From an uncultured Anaerolineae bacterium (GTDB lineage Bacteria > Chloroflexota > Anaerolineae > Aggregatilineales > Phototrophicaceae): a stretch of DNA of 64,000 nucleotides. The stretch covers positions 683-64,682 of the forward strand of contig CALAJK010000037.1 of assembly GCA_937922795.1 (NCBI GenBank), read 5' to 3'. Made by a program: the position numbers and the translations under genes. Under the pieces are notes generated by a model. The model was not told where the DNA came from. It worked only from the letters and a program-made list of their open reading frames with translations, and did not search any database. This document shows, piece by piece, positions 45,158-55,987 of this stretch (position 1 is the stretch's first letter; each line of letters opens with the position of its first letter).

Positions 45158-46279
45158 CTAGCTAAACCCACGGCTGCCGCCCACGCCCGTTTTCTGAAGC
45201 TGAAAGGCGCGCTGATGCAGGCTCAGGATGTCCTCAATCGCTAGATCGCGGTTCTGGGCATGTTGGAAGACCGTCTCCTGCCCCACGCTGAACATATAGT
45301 GCGAGCCGGCCACCACCCGGACATGGCCGGCGGGCATTTCCATCGCGCTCAGCAAATCCATCATGGGCAGCAGCCCCACCAGCGCGTCCTTGTGGCCGAG
45401 CAGCACCCGGAACAGATCCCACTGACGGGCGATCTCCCAGTTGTCCAGCATGCCCATCGCCTGAAAGGTGGCCGAGGTCGTGCCGCGCGGCGTCTCGGCA
45501 TACTGCCGGTCGTGCGCCTGTTTGACGAAGCTGGCCGCGCCGGCGCACAGTGTGTCAATCATGCCGGGCTTGATGAGCTGCTCAATCGGCTCAAACAGGC
45601 GAATGCGGTTCACCAGGCTGATGCCTAAACCCATCGCCGTATAAAAGGCGCGGTGCAGCGAGTCGTTCAGCAGCAGCGCCGGCGCGATAGCATAGCGCGT
45701 GACTTCGCCCAGCCGCCAGAGGATCGGGTTGAGATAGAACAGCGTGGCGCCGCCCATGCTGTGGCCGACGAAGTTGATCACTTTGGGCGCAGGCTCGCCC
45801 GGCTGCCGGCGCAGCTTGAGCGCATCCACCCACCCCTGGAGCGTGAGCATGGCCGACGGCGGGCAGCACGAATCGAGCGGCGGGTTCGGGTTGACGAAAC
45901 GCGAGCCGCCGAAGCCGTTATGGTCAACCGCCAGCGCCACCAGCCGGCGGTTTTCCCGGACGACCATCCCTGGCAGCTCTTCCCAGATGCTGCGGTTGCC
46001 AGTCCACCCATGAACAAAGATGACATAGCCTTCGACATCGCGCAGCCGCGCCTCCAGCATGTCGTCCGGGGTGTCGAAATCCTCAGGCCAAATGACATCC
46101 CAACTGAAATCCACCAGGCCGCGGCGCATCAGCAAGCCGCGGCCTTCTTCAGCCGATACAAACCACCGGTTCACCAGATCGCTGAGCCGGTAGTGGGCGA
46201 CCTGGGTATTGGCGACCGCGCCCCGACCGCGCTGCACGTAGCCGCGCGCCCAGCTTAGAGTCGGTTGAGAGGCCAGCAT
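45158..46279 (-). CDS. Alpha/beta hydrolase
   Basis: FVHGWTG, DHNGFGGS, GHSMGG, late Asp and His. Confidence 0.85.
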   Translation of the reverse strand: MLASQPTLSWARGYVQRGRGAVANTQVAHYRLSDLVNRWFVSAEEGRGLLMRRGLVDFSWDVIWPEDFDTPDDMLEARLRDVEGYVIFVHGWTGNRSIWEELPGMVVRENRRLVALAVDHNGFGGSRFVNPNPPLDSCCPPSAMLTLQGWVDALKLRRQPGEPAPKVINFVGHSMGGATLFYLNPILWRLGEVTRYAIAPALLLNDSLHRAFYTAMGLGISLVNRIRLFEPIEQLIKPGMIDTLCAGAASFVKQAHDRQYAETPRGTTSATFQAMGMLDNWEIARQWDLFRVLLGHKDALVGLLPMMDLLSAMEMPAGHVRVVAGSHYMFSVGQETVFQHAQNRDLAIEDILSLHQRAFQLQKTGVGGSRGFS

Positions 46280-46367
46280 AGGCGTCCCCTTCAAGCTGCG
46301 CTATTCTACGGCTGATTATAGGCCGGGTCGCTGAACTCCGACACCCGCCCCGAAGCCGGCCAAACAC

Positions 46368-46393
46368 AAAGGGCAGCCCCACGGCCGCCCCTT
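46368..46393 (-). terminator. Intrinsic terminator after the FGE-domain gene
   Basis: Minus strand AAGGGGCGGCC-GTGG-GGCTGCCCTTT followed by GTGTTT. Confidence 0.6.
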
Positions 46394-46424
46394 GATCCAG
46401 GCTTCAGAGAATTGACCTTGCCGT

Positions 46425-47858
46425 CTAACCGGGCGGCAGCGTGGGCAGCGGGCCGCTGCTGGTCGGGATGACCGGCGGCGGCGGCAGCGTAGGCTGGCTG
46501 TTGGCAGTAGTCTCTTCTTCGCTCGTCGCTGCCAGGGGCGTCGTCCCCGCCAGCGGCAGCCCAGCGCCAGCAGCCCCTGCGCCGCCGGCGTTTAGGTCAG
46601 CGGCGCAGCGGAACCCGATCCAGAAAGCAGCCGACTGCGGCTCGCGGCTCTGGCGGTGTACGCTGCGCGAGAAGAACGGCACAGCATCCCACGACCCGCC
46701 GCGCACCACTTTTTCGACGCCGGCGGGCGGCCCGACGGGGTTGATGATCGGCGCCGCCGACTGCGCCTGCTGGACGTAATAGGTCGGCGAGTACCAGTCG
46801 CTCACCCACTCCGCCACATTGCCGGCCATATCGAGCATGCCGAAGGCGCTCGCGCCGGCGGGATAGCTGCCCACCGCCGCAGCGCCGGCCTGTGCCGGAT
46901 CAACGCGGGGACGACTGGTCTTGGCCAAAGCGGTATCGAAGGTATTGCCCCACGGGTATAGGAAATTCTGCGGCCCGCGCGCGGCGCGCTCCCATTCGGC
47001 CTCAGTCGGCAGCCGCCGGCCGATGGCGCGGCAGTAGGCGTTCGCGCCGTACCAGGTGACGCCTACCACCGGGAAGTTGCGGATGGCGTCCAGCACGCGG
47101 TAATTGGCGCTGTCGAAGATGACGTTGCTGTTCGGATCTTCGGCGCGCGTCGCCAGACACGGCTGGCCGTCGCAGCCGTTGCGATGGCTGTTCGGCCCCT
47201 TCCAGTTCATGAAGGTCAGGAACTGGTCATAGGTCACCTCGGTCACTTCCATCAGGAAGGAGTCGACCGTCACTTGGTGCGGCGGCGACGAATCCTCGCC
47301 ATAGGCCAGGGTGCACACCCCCTGATACACATTTGTGCATTCGGTGACGGCCGCCGCCACTTCTTGGGCAGTCGTGCCCATCAGGAAAGTGCCGCCGTCT
47401 ACGCGGCGCATCTCGGTCAGCTTGCTTTGCAGCGGCTCTGGCACGGTGCTGACTTGGGCGATTGCAGCGGCTGTTGGCGCGGCGACAGTTGGCGTGGCGC
47501 TCGGCTCCACTTGAATCAGATTGGGATCAGGCGTCGGCGGCAGCGGCGTCGGGCTGGGCGCGACGACGACGACCTGGCCTACGGTAGCCGTCGGCAGCAG
47601 CATCTCCGTCGGCTCCAGCGTCGGCGTCACCGGCTCCGGCGTGGCCGTGATGACGAGCGGAGTCTGGGTAGGCCGGCCGGCGACGATCAGCCCTTCAACG
47701 TCGGGGCCCAGCGCCCCAGAAACGGCGGCGATCACCAACGCCAAGCCAGCGACAGCGGCGCAGCCAAAACCCAAGATGAAACCGATGAGAACCCATTGGG
47801 TCGTGGCGCTGCCCGTTCGGCGGCGGCCTAATGAGCCGTAGTTGCGTCCCATGATCAC
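46425..47858 (-). CDS. Membrane-anchored FGE-sulfatase (SUMF1-like) domain protein
   Basis: TM and Pro/Thr linker; RLPTEAEWERAARG, DMAGNVAEWVSDWY, RGGSW, GFRCA. Confidence 0.9.
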   Translation of the reverse strand: MIMGRNYGSLGRRRTGSATTQWVLIGFILGFGCAAVAGLALVIAAVSGALGPDVEGLIVAGRPTQTPLVITATPEPVTPTLEPTEMLLPTATVGQVVVVAPSPTPLPPTPDPNLIQVEPSATPTVAAPTAAAIAQVSTVPEPLQSKLTEMRRVDGGTFLMGTTAQEVAAAVTECTNVYQGVCTLAYGEDSSPPHQVTVDSFLMEVTEVTYDQFLTFMNWKGPNSHRNGCDGQPCLATRAEDPNSNVIFDSANYRVLDAIRNFPVVGVTWYGANAYCRAIGRRLPTEAEWERAARGPQNFLYPWGNTFDTALAKTSRPRVDPAQAGAAAVGSYPAGASAFGMLDMAGNVAEWVSDWYSPTYYVQQAQSAAPIINPVGPPAGVEKVVRGGSWDAVPFFSRSVHRQSREPQSAAFWIGFRCAADLNAGGAGAAGAGLPLAGTTPLAATSEEETTANSQPTLPPPPVIPTSSGPLPTLPPG

Positions 47859-47961
47859 GTTCTCCCTATTGGCCGCCGGCGGACTCAGCCGAACCTAGGC
47901 AGCTTGTGCAACCCAAGTTTAGCACATCAACTTGCCCGTTCAAGCCTGTACCAAGTCTGAC

Positions 47962-47990
47962 TTGACAGCCCAGATCGCAAACGTTACGCT
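47962..47990 (+). promoter_or_regulatory. Sigma70-type promoter
   Basis: TTGACA-N17-TACGCT upstream of the GNAT gene. Confidence 0.6.
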
Positions 47991-48022
47991 CAAAGTAAGG
48001 ATTGTAAACTGAGGTTGCGCTG

Positions 48023-49045
48023 GTGGTCGTGTCCTTGCCCTCGACGCCGACGACCCCTGAGACCGGCATCCGCCCCGTGAATTTACGGACCGATCTCGGT
48101 TCGCTGGCCGATCTGCTGGAACTGGCGTTTGCGTCCGCGATGGACAGCAGCGGGCGGGCTGCCGTGCGCGAAATGCGCTCGCTCAGCCATCTGGGACCAG
48201 GGTTGAACCTGCTAGCTAACCTCAGCGACCTGGCTCAGGGCATGAGCACGGGCTTCGTCTGGGTTGAGTCTGACCGGCTGGTGGGCAACGTATCGGTCTA
48301 CCCGGCTGCCGCCAGCGGCCTGCTGGCGCATACCTGGGTGATCGCCAACGTGGCGGTGCACCCTGACTACCAGAGACGCGGCATCGCCACCGCGCTGATG
48401 CAGGCCAGCCTGGAGCTGGTGCGCCGCCGCGGTGGGCGTCAGGCGGTGCTTCAAGTGGACGCCGACAACGACACTGCCCGGCGGCTGTATCAGCGGTTGG
48501 GGTTTGTCGAAGAACGCGCCTGGATATCATGGAAACGCGCGCTGACGCTCAGCCGGCCGCCGCCAATGGTCAATGGGCCGTATATCACCCACCGCCGCGG
48601 CCGCGAGTGGCGAGCCGAGTATGCGCTGGCCCAGCGCGCCTTCCCGGCGGAACGCGGTGGACTGGGCTGGCTGCGCCCGCTGCACCCACGCTACTTCCGC
48701 CCCACACTCCGGCAGCAGCTCACCAACTGGATCAACTTCCGCGCTGTCGAGCGTCTGGCCATCCGCGCCGATGAACCAGACCGGCTGCTGGCAGCGCTGT
48801 GGATCGAGACCGGTCTGGCGTACAGCAGCGTCCAACTCACTCTGCTGGTTGATCCAGATTACGAAGGTCTATACGATGAGGCGCTCATCAACACGGCCGT
48901 GCGCCGCTTCGGCAGCACGCAGGCGCTGACGCTGGAACATCCGGCCGACCGCGAAACGACCAGCGCCGTCCTGCGGCGCTATGGGTTCTCGGCGCGGCGG
49001 CAGGTCGTTCACATGCGCTGGGACGCCCCGACCGGCGCAGATTAA
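48023..49045 (+). CDS. GNAT family acetyltransferase (probably tandem GNAT)
   Basis: NVAVHPDYQRRGIA, NDTARRLYQRLGF. Confidence 0.88.
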   Translation: MVVSLPSTPTTPETGIRPVNLRTDLGSLADLLELAFASAMDSSGRAAVREMRSLSHLGPGLNLLANLSDLAQGMSTGFVWVESDRLVGNVSVYPAAASGLLAHTWVIANVAVHPDYQRRGIATALMQASLELVRRRGGRQAVLQVDADNDTARRLYQRLGFVEERAWISWKRALTLSRPPPMVNGPYITHRRGREWRAEYALAQRAFPAERGGLGWLRPLHPRYFRPTLRQQLTNWINFRAVERLAIRADEPDRLLAALWIETGLAYSSVQLTLLVDPDYEGLYDEALINTAVRRFGSTQALTLEHPADRETTSAVLRRYGFSARRQVVHMRWDAPTGAD

Positions 49046-49087
49046 CCGGCGTCCGCGCCAGAAAGGGCGACTGCCCACACTTCGCCT

Positions 49088-50398
49088 ATGGAACTGCTGA
49101 TCATCTTGCTGATTGCCCTCATCAATGGCGCGCTCGCCATGACCGAGGCGGCGTTCATCCGCGCCCGCAAGGCGCGGCTGACTCAACTGGCCGAGGAGGG
49201 GGATCGCCGCGCCATCGTCACGCTGGAGATGATGGACGACCCGAACCGCTTTCTGTCCACCACACAGATCGGCATCACCCTCATCGGCATCCTGGCCGGC
49301 GCGTTCGGCGGCGCAACCGTGGCGGATGGGCTGGCAGCGTGGCTGCGGCAGTTCCCGGCGGCAGCGCCCCACGCGCAGACGCTGGCGATCATCGCGGTGG
49401 TGCTGCTGACGACTTATCTGTCGCTGGTGATCGGCGAACTGGTGCCGAAACGGCTGGCGCTGCAAAATCCGGAACGAATTGCGCTGGTGGCCGTCCCAGC
49501 TATGCGAACGTTGGCGACGATCACGGCCCCGGCGGTGCGTTTTCTGGGGTTTTCAACCGAGGTGATCTTGCGCGCGCTCGGCGCTCGCCCGCGCGACGAG
49601 CCGCCGGTCACGGAGGAAGAAATCCGGGCGCTCATCCGTGAGGGCATTCAGGCCGGCGTCTTCGAGGCCGCCGAGGAAGAGATGGTGGCCGGCGTGTTCA
49701 GCCTGGGCGACCGGCGGGTTGACCAGTTGATGACCCCTCGCACCGAGATCATCTGGCTGAACCTGGACGACGATGCCGATGCCCACCGTCAGAAGCTGAT
49801 CGCCTGCCCCCATTCACGCCTGCCGGTCGCCCACGAGTCGCTAGACCGGGTGATCGGCGTGGTGCGCGCCAAAGACCTGCTCGACCGCTTGCTGGCCGGC
49901 GACCCGCTGGATCTGAAAACCTGTGTCCGCCCACCGCTGTACATCCCGGAGAGCACGACCGCAGCCCGCGCTCTGGACTTATTCCGGCAGACCGGCAAGC
50001 ACATCGCCTTGGTCATTGACGAGCACGGCGGCGTAGCCGGCCTGGTGACCATCTACGATCTGCTAGAGGAGATCGTCGGCGACATCGAGACGCACCAGGC
50101 AGTGCAGCGCCCCGACGGCTCATGGCTGCTGGATGGGCTGCTGCCGGTAGATGATCTGCGTGATCTGTTCGAACTGGCGGAGCTGCCCGGTGAAGAAGAA
50201 GGACTGTACCAGACGCTCGGCGGGTTCATCATGGCGGAGCTAGGGCGCATCCCGAACACGGGCGATCGGGTCGTCTGGCGCAATCTGGTCTTCGAAGTCG
50301 TGGATATGGACGCGCGCCGCGTGGACAAAGTGCTGGCCAGCGTGATCGCGCCGCCTGATGATCGCCCTGTCCCCCCGCCCGCGCAGCCGGAGGCATGA
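49088..50398 (+). CDS. HlyC/CorC (CNNM/DUF21-CBS-CorC) family transporter
   Basis: FLSTTQIGIT, GELVPK, MTPR, HSRLPV, DEHGGVAGLVT, DMDARRVDKV. Confidence 0.92.
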   Translation: MELLIILLIALINGALAMTEAAFIRARKARLTQLAEEGDRRAIVTLEMMDDPNRFLSTTQIGITLIGILAGAFGGATVADGLAAWLRQFPAAAPHAQTLAIIAVVLLTTYLSLVIGELVPKRLALQNPERIALVAVPAMRTLATITAPAVRFLGFSTEVILRALGARPRDEPPVTEEEIRALIREGIQAGVFEAAEEEMVAGVFSLGDRRVDQLMTPRTEIIWLNLDDDADAHRQKLIACPHSRLPVAHESLDRVIGVVRAKDLLDRLLAGDPLDLKTCVRPPLYIPESTTAARALDLFRQTGKHIALVIDEHGGVAGLVTIYDLLEEIVGDIETHQAVQRPDGSWLLDGLLPVDDLRDLFELAELPGEEEGLYQTLGGFIMAELGRIPNTGDRVVWRNLVFEVVDMDARRVDKVLASVIAPPDDRPVPPPAQPEA

Positions 50399-51082
50399 AT
50401 GGCCGATACTATCCTGTTGGTGGACGACGAGCAGCACATCATCGACCTGGCGCGAATGTACTTGGAGCAGGACGGCTACCGCGTCGTCAGCGCCGCCGAC
50501 GGGGCGACCGCCCTGCGGCGTATCCTGGAAGACCCGCCGGCTTTGGTCGTGCTCGACCTGATGCTGCCCGAACTGGACGGGTGGGAGGTCTGCCGCCGGG
50601 TGCGCGCCCGCTCCGATGTGCCGATCATTATGCTGACCGCCCGCACCGATGACGTGGATAAGATCGTCGGTCTGGAATTGGGGGCAGACGACTATCTGAC
50701 CAAACCGTTCAACCCGCGCGAACTGGTCGCTCGCGTCCGGGCCATCCTACGCCGGCTGGAGCGCCGCCCATCGGATCGCGCTGACGAGGCTGGGCGCGCC
50801 ATCGTCATCGGCAACCTGCGCATAGACCCGGATAAGCGCCTGGCGACAGTGGATGGCCGCCCGGTCGATCTGCGTCTGAAAGAATTCGATCTGCTGCTGA
50901 CGCTGGTCGAAAACCGCGGCACTGTGTTCAGCCGCGAAAAGCTGCTCGATGTCGTCTGGGGATATGACTTCGCCGGCGAGACTCGCACGGTGGATGTGCA
51001 CATCGCCCACCTGCGCCACAAACTCGCCGGGATGCAGCCGACCATTGAGACGGTCTGGGGTGTGGGCTACAAACTGGAATGA
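50399..51082 (+). CDS. OmpR-family response regulator
   Basis: LLVDDE, LDLMLP, GADDYLTKPF, RTVDVHI, TVWGVGY. Confidence 0.95.
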   Translation: MADTILLVDDEQHIIDLARMYLEQDGYRVVSAADGATALRRILEDPPALVVLDLMLPELDGWEVCRRVRARSDVPIIMLTARTDDVDKIVGLELGADDYLTKPFNPRELVARVRAILRRLERRPSDRADEAGRAIVIGNLRIDPDKRLATVDGRPVDLRLKEFDLLLTLVENRGTVFSREKLLDVVWGYDFAGETRTVDVHIAHLRHKLAGMQPTIETVWGVGYKLE

Positions 51083-51085
51083 AGT

Positions 51086-52564
51086 GTGTCTCTGTCACTG
51101 CGTGCCCGGCTGTTTCTATCGTATGGGCTGCTGCTGACGGCCGCCCTGGTCGTCATCGCGCTGGCGCTGCTGCTGTTCTTGACGGCGCAGCCGCTCGCGC
51201 CGGCCCCCACCTATGACCGCCTGGCGACGATCGGGCGTGAACTGTTTGAGGGTTTGAGCGCACAAACGAACCGGCTGCAGCGCTTCGTGCCGGGGCAGTT
51301 CGCCGACCGGCTGTCGGCTTTCGCCGCCGAACAGGAAGTGCGCGTGCTCGTCCTGGACTTTGCGCGCCGGAAAGTGTGGTACGACAGCGCCGGCGTTTTC
51401 GAAACCGGCGCGGACTTCCCGGTTGATGAACAGGCGTATACGCTGCCTCGCTATCTCCAGCGGGCGCTGCCGGCGCGGACTGAATCGGTCTTCGGCAGTT
51501 TTGCCGACCCCGACGGGACGCCCTGGCTGTTCGCCGGCCTGGTCACAGTGCGCCAGGGCGCTGAACGCGCCGCGCTGGTGCTGGCCGACCGCGCTGCGCA
51601 TCCCACCCTGCGCGAGGCGATCGCCCGCTTCCGTGCCGAACTGGCGCTTCCGTTCTGCCAAGCGGCGCTGTTAGGATTGGCAGCGGCGGCCCTCCTGGCC
51701 GCCTGGATCAGCCGCACCATTGCGCGACCGCTGAAGGAATTGAGCCGGGCGGCGGAAGCCGTGGCCGAAGGCCAGTACAACCAGCGCATCCAGCCTAGCG
51801 GGCCGCCGGAAGTCCGGGCGGCGGCGGCCTTCAACCGGATGAGTGCCCAGGTGCAGGCCGCCCAACAGGCGCAGCAGGATTTTGTGGCGAACATCTCGCA
51901 CGATCTGAAGACGCCGCTCACTTCCATTCAGGGCTTCTCGCAGGCCATTATAGATGGGACGGCCAAAGACCCAGCGCGGGCGGCGGCAGTCATCCACGAA
52001 GAAGCTGGCCGGCTCAACCGGATGGTGATCGAACTGACCGATCTGGCGCGTTTGCAGGCTGGGCGGATGTCCATGCATCTCGCGCCCGTTGATCTGGGCG
52101 CGCTGGCCGGAGCGGTCGTCGAGCGGCTGAGTGTGGTCGCGCAGAAAAAGGGGGTCGCCCTGCACATCGAGACGCCCCCACAACCTCGTATCGCCGGCGA
52201 CGGCGATCGGCTGGCGCAGGTCGTCACCAACCTGGTCAGCAACGCCATCAACTATACGCCGGCGGGCGGCCAGATCTGGGTGACCACCCGCCTGCGCGGC
52301 GGGGGCGTGGAACTGGAAGTGCGCGATACCGGCATCGGCATCCCGCCGGAAGAATTGCCGCGCATCTTTGAGCGCTTCTACCAGGTGGACAAGGCGCGCG
52401 GCCCGCGCCGGGGCACTGGCCTGGGGCTGGCCATCGTGCATGAGATCGTCTCGGCGCACGGCGGGCGCGTCACCGCGGCCAGCGCCGGCGTCAATCAGGG
52501 GACGACCTTCACCGTGTGGCTGCCCACGCCACCGATGAGCGCTGCCGCTCACCGGCGCCGGTGA
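51086..52564 (+). CDS. HAMP-containing sensor histidine kinase
   Basis: Two TM; SHDLKTPLT, NLVSNA, DTGIGI, FERFY, GTGLGL. Confidence 0.93.
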   Translation: MSLSLRARLFLSYGLLLTAALVVIALALLLFLTAQPLAPAPTYDRLATIGRELFEGLSAQTNRLQRFVPGQFADRLSAFAAEQEVRVLVLDFARRKVWYDSAGVFETGADFPVDEQAYTLPRYLQRALPARTESVFGSFADPDGTPWLFAGLVTVRQGAERAALVLADRAAHPTLREAIARFRAELALPFCQAALLGLAAAALLAAWISRTIARPLKELSRAAEAVAEGQYNQRIQPSGPPEVRAAAAFNRMSAQVQAAQQAQQDFVANISHDLKTPLTSIQGFSQAIIDGTAKDPARAAAVIHEEAGRLNRMVIELTDLARLQAGRMSMHLAPVDLGALAGAVVERLSVVAQKKGVALHIETPPQPRIAGDGDRLAQVVTNLVSNAINYTPAGGQIWVTTRLRGGGVELEVRDTGIGIPPEELPRIFERFYQVDKARGPRRGTGLGLAIVHEIVSAHGGRVTAASAGVNQGTTFTVWLPTPPMSAAAHRRR

Positions 52565-52569
52565 GCGGG

Positions 52570-53310
52570 TCACAGATTGCCGCTGTTGAATCGAACTAGC
52601 GCCGGCCAATCAATCTGGCCTGTGGCATCACAGAAGTCGATCGTGAATTCCCGGACGAGCCGGTTGAATACAGCGTCACGCTCAATCTTGAAGGCTTCAT
52701 TGCGCTGGCGCGCTTTATGGCCCAAAGGCTCAATGATGTCAATGTATAGGTTGGGATTTCCAGACACAAAAGACCAGAAACTCTGGCCACATAGGCGAAT
52801 GTAATCGCCTTTATCTGTATCCTTCGCTTTGCCGTAACAAGTTCCTAAAACGGCCTGCACGTGGCTGATGTGCCGAGACTGGCGCAGTACACGGATTGCT
52901 GCACGAAAATTTTCGCGCTGCGCTCGGTGCTGACTGCTATTACCCCAGTTCGGGCCAGATTTGATGGCGACGATGAAGCGCGTCGAGTCGCGATTGAATT
53001 CCAGGTCAATACCCGGCGCGGACGATTTCTGTCCATTGTAAGCAAGCTGGTTGACAAAAATGGCCAGTGCCTCCAGGAACTGCCCAAATAACCCTTCCTC
53101 TGAAGATGGCAGATAAGCGTCCAGCAAAAGGTTGACCAACTCCGCTGCCGAGCTGATAGCTTTAGCTTTGAATAAGTAGGGATTTTTACGTTCAAGGATG
53201 GCTTTCAATTTAAGCCGCTGGAGCGATGCCAGGCGACTATGATGAAAGGTGTCAATATTCTGGTTCACATATTCAGTCACCTGGTCAATATCCAGGTTCG
53301 GCATGTTCAT
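52570..53310 (-). CDS. Type II restriction endonuclease (PmeII/EcoO109I-like PD-(D/E)xK)
   Basis: RKNPYLFKAK, FGQFLE, GIDLEF...IKSGPNWGNSSQ, CGQSFW; ATG overlaps the MTase stop; lower GC. Confidence 0.82.
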   Translation of the reverse strand: MNMPNLDIDQVTEYVNQNIDTFHHSRLASLQRLKLKAILERKNPYLFKAKAISSAAELVNLLLDAYLPSSEEGLFGQFLEALAIFVNQLAYNGQKSSAPGIDLEFNRDSTRFIVAIKSGPNWGNSSQHRAQRENFRAAIRVLRQSRHISHVQAVLGTCYGKAKDTDKGDYIRLCGQSFWSFVSGNPNLYIDIIEPLGHKARQRNEAFKIERDAVFNRLVREFTIDFCDATGQIDWPALVRFNSGNL

Positions 53311-54167
53311 CCCTCAGCGCTCAAGGCTTTGTTGGCCTGTTCAACGTACTCTGGCTGCACCTCGATGCCCAAGTAATGTCGCCCCAGGCGGCGCGCCGCG
53401 ACGGCGGTCGTGCCTGAACCGATGAAAGGGTCCAGCACCAGATCGCCCTCTTGAGTGAACAGTTTGATGAACCAAGACGGCAGTTCCAGCGGAAAGGTGG
53501 CGCTGTGCTGGCGATTGCTGGTCTCGGTCGCCAAGTGCAGCACATTGGTGGGATACACCAACGACCGGCCTACCCAGTTAGACACATTCTTGCCGAAACC
53601 GCTGCGCACCCGCGATTCGTCGCGTCGTTTGTCGGTCTCGCTGAGCTTGCGCAGCCGGGTCTTCGCCCAATCTCCCATCGGAACCATGACCGCATCCTGA
53701 TACATGTGAAAGCGCTTCTGTTTGTTGAACTGCAAGCAGCGCTCCCAGGCATCGCGGAAACGATTCGGCCACTTGCCCGGATAACAGTTTTTCTTGTGCC
53801 AGATGAATTCTTCCGTCCACAGCCAACCCTGCCGGCGCATCTCCAGGATCATCTCGATCACATACGGGTGGCGTTCACCGTCCACGACTTTTTCTTTAAT
53901 GTTGAGGATGAACGTGCCTGTCGGCTTCAACACGCGCAGAAGCTCAGCGCTGATCGGCAGAAACCACGCGACATACTCATCTGGGTGAATGCCCCCATAC
54001 GTTTTTTTGCGGCTGTCGGCATACGGGGGCGAGGTGACGATCAGATCAACCGAGTTTGCGGGCAGTTCCGGCAGCACGCGGCGGCAGTCGCCCAGGAGAA
54101 TGCGGTCCACATCCTGCATTTGTGGAGAGCGTCCATTCCAATACAGAGGCAGTTGGCGAGCAGTCAT
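53307..54167 (-). CDS. Site-specific DNA methyltransferase, N4-C/N6-A, beta class
   Basis: Motif IV TSPPY precedes HSATFP and motif I DPFIGSGTT. Confidence 0.92.
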   Translation of the reverse strand: MTARQLPLYWNGRSPQMQDVDRILLGDCRRVLPELPANSVDLIVTSPPYADSRKKTYGGIHPDEYVAWFLPISAELLRVLKPTGTFILNIKEKVVDGERHPYVIEMILEMRRQGWLWTEEFIWHKKNCYPGKWPNRFRDAWERCLQFNKQKRFHMYQDAVMVPMGDWAKTRLRKLSETDKRRDESRVRSGFGKNVSNWVGRSLVYPTNVLHLATETSNRQHSATFPLELPSWFIKLFTQEGDLVLDPFIGSGTTAVAARRLGRHYLGIEVQPEYVEQANKALSAEG

Positions 54168-54453
54168 CACGAACAACCTGGAGCGTTCAACGATGCTGCT
54201 ATTGTAACCTGAGTTCGTGATCAGGAAATGCCTCCTGCGAAGCGCAGCGCTGCCGACCAGAGCGCTCGCTCAGCGCCGCACGAAAGATTTTCGAGATGAG
54301 TCGACTGGGGCTGTGCTGCTGTGTCGCCCATGACGCTCGTCTTTATTTTCCGCGCCGAGAAGTTTGCGCCAGCCCAGCAGTAAACTGGCGGTAAAATAGG
54401 GATAGTCGCAGCAGATGTGCGCGGGTTAGCGCCTTCACCATAGGATAGAGGCT

Positions 54454-55377
<924 letters not shown>

Positions 55378-55389
55378 AGGCACAGCCCC

Positions 55390-55938
55390 CTACTGGCGCG
55401 GGAAACTGGCCTGAATGGCGCTGCACAACGCCGGATCGGTCGCGCCGTAGAGGTACTGCAAGTTTTCGCCGTTGACGGTGAAACTGCCCGAACCGCCGCA
55501 CGGCTCGATCTGTCCCAGGCTCTGGGCGGACGCGCCGGTATTCAATACGCAGTTCAACAGGTTGCGCTGCACACGGGTGGTGTTGATGACGGCCACCGCG
55601 CCGACCTTCGGCACGCTGTTCAGGTTGATATTCGGTTCGAGATAGACGCGGGCGGCGATCGCCCCTACGCCCTGGTAACAGCGCATCATGTCGTCCAGCT
55701 TGGCGATGACCCCCGCCAGCGCCACATTGCCGGTGATCATGCTGGCGCTCACGCCGGCTTTGCCCAGCGCATCGGTGATGCTGTTGGCTTCGGTGGCGAC
55801 GTAGCCGGCGATGTTCGGCAGAAACTGCTGCGCGGCGGCGGGGTCTTTGGCGGTGTCGCCCGTCCCCGGCACAATCTGGCAAGCCGTCAAAAGCAGCGCC
55901 AGACTCAGCGCCGCGACCATATTCTTGACCATGCGCAT
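55390..55938 (-). CDS. Hypothetical lipoprotein
   Basis: RBS AGGAG; lipobox LTA-C; four further Cys. Confidence 0.78.
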   Translation of the reverse strand: MRMVKNMVAALSLALLLTACQIVPGTGDTAKDPAAAQQFLPNIAGYVATEANSITDALGKAGVSASMITGNVALAGVIAKLDDMMRCYQGVGAIAARVYLEPNINLNSVPKVGAVAVINTTRVQRNLLNCVLNTGASAQSLGQIEPCGGSGSFTVNGENLQYLYGATDPALCSAIQASFPRQ

Positions 55939-55953
55939 GCACTCCTGAGGCTT

Positions 55954-55983
55954 TTGCCTCAATCCAACTTCCATCCCTATAAT
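55954..55983 (+). promoter_or_regulatory. Candidate sigma70 promoter for the Cys-rich ORF
   Basis: TTGCCT-N18-TATAAT. Confidence 0.5.
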
Positions 55984-55987
55984 ACCT

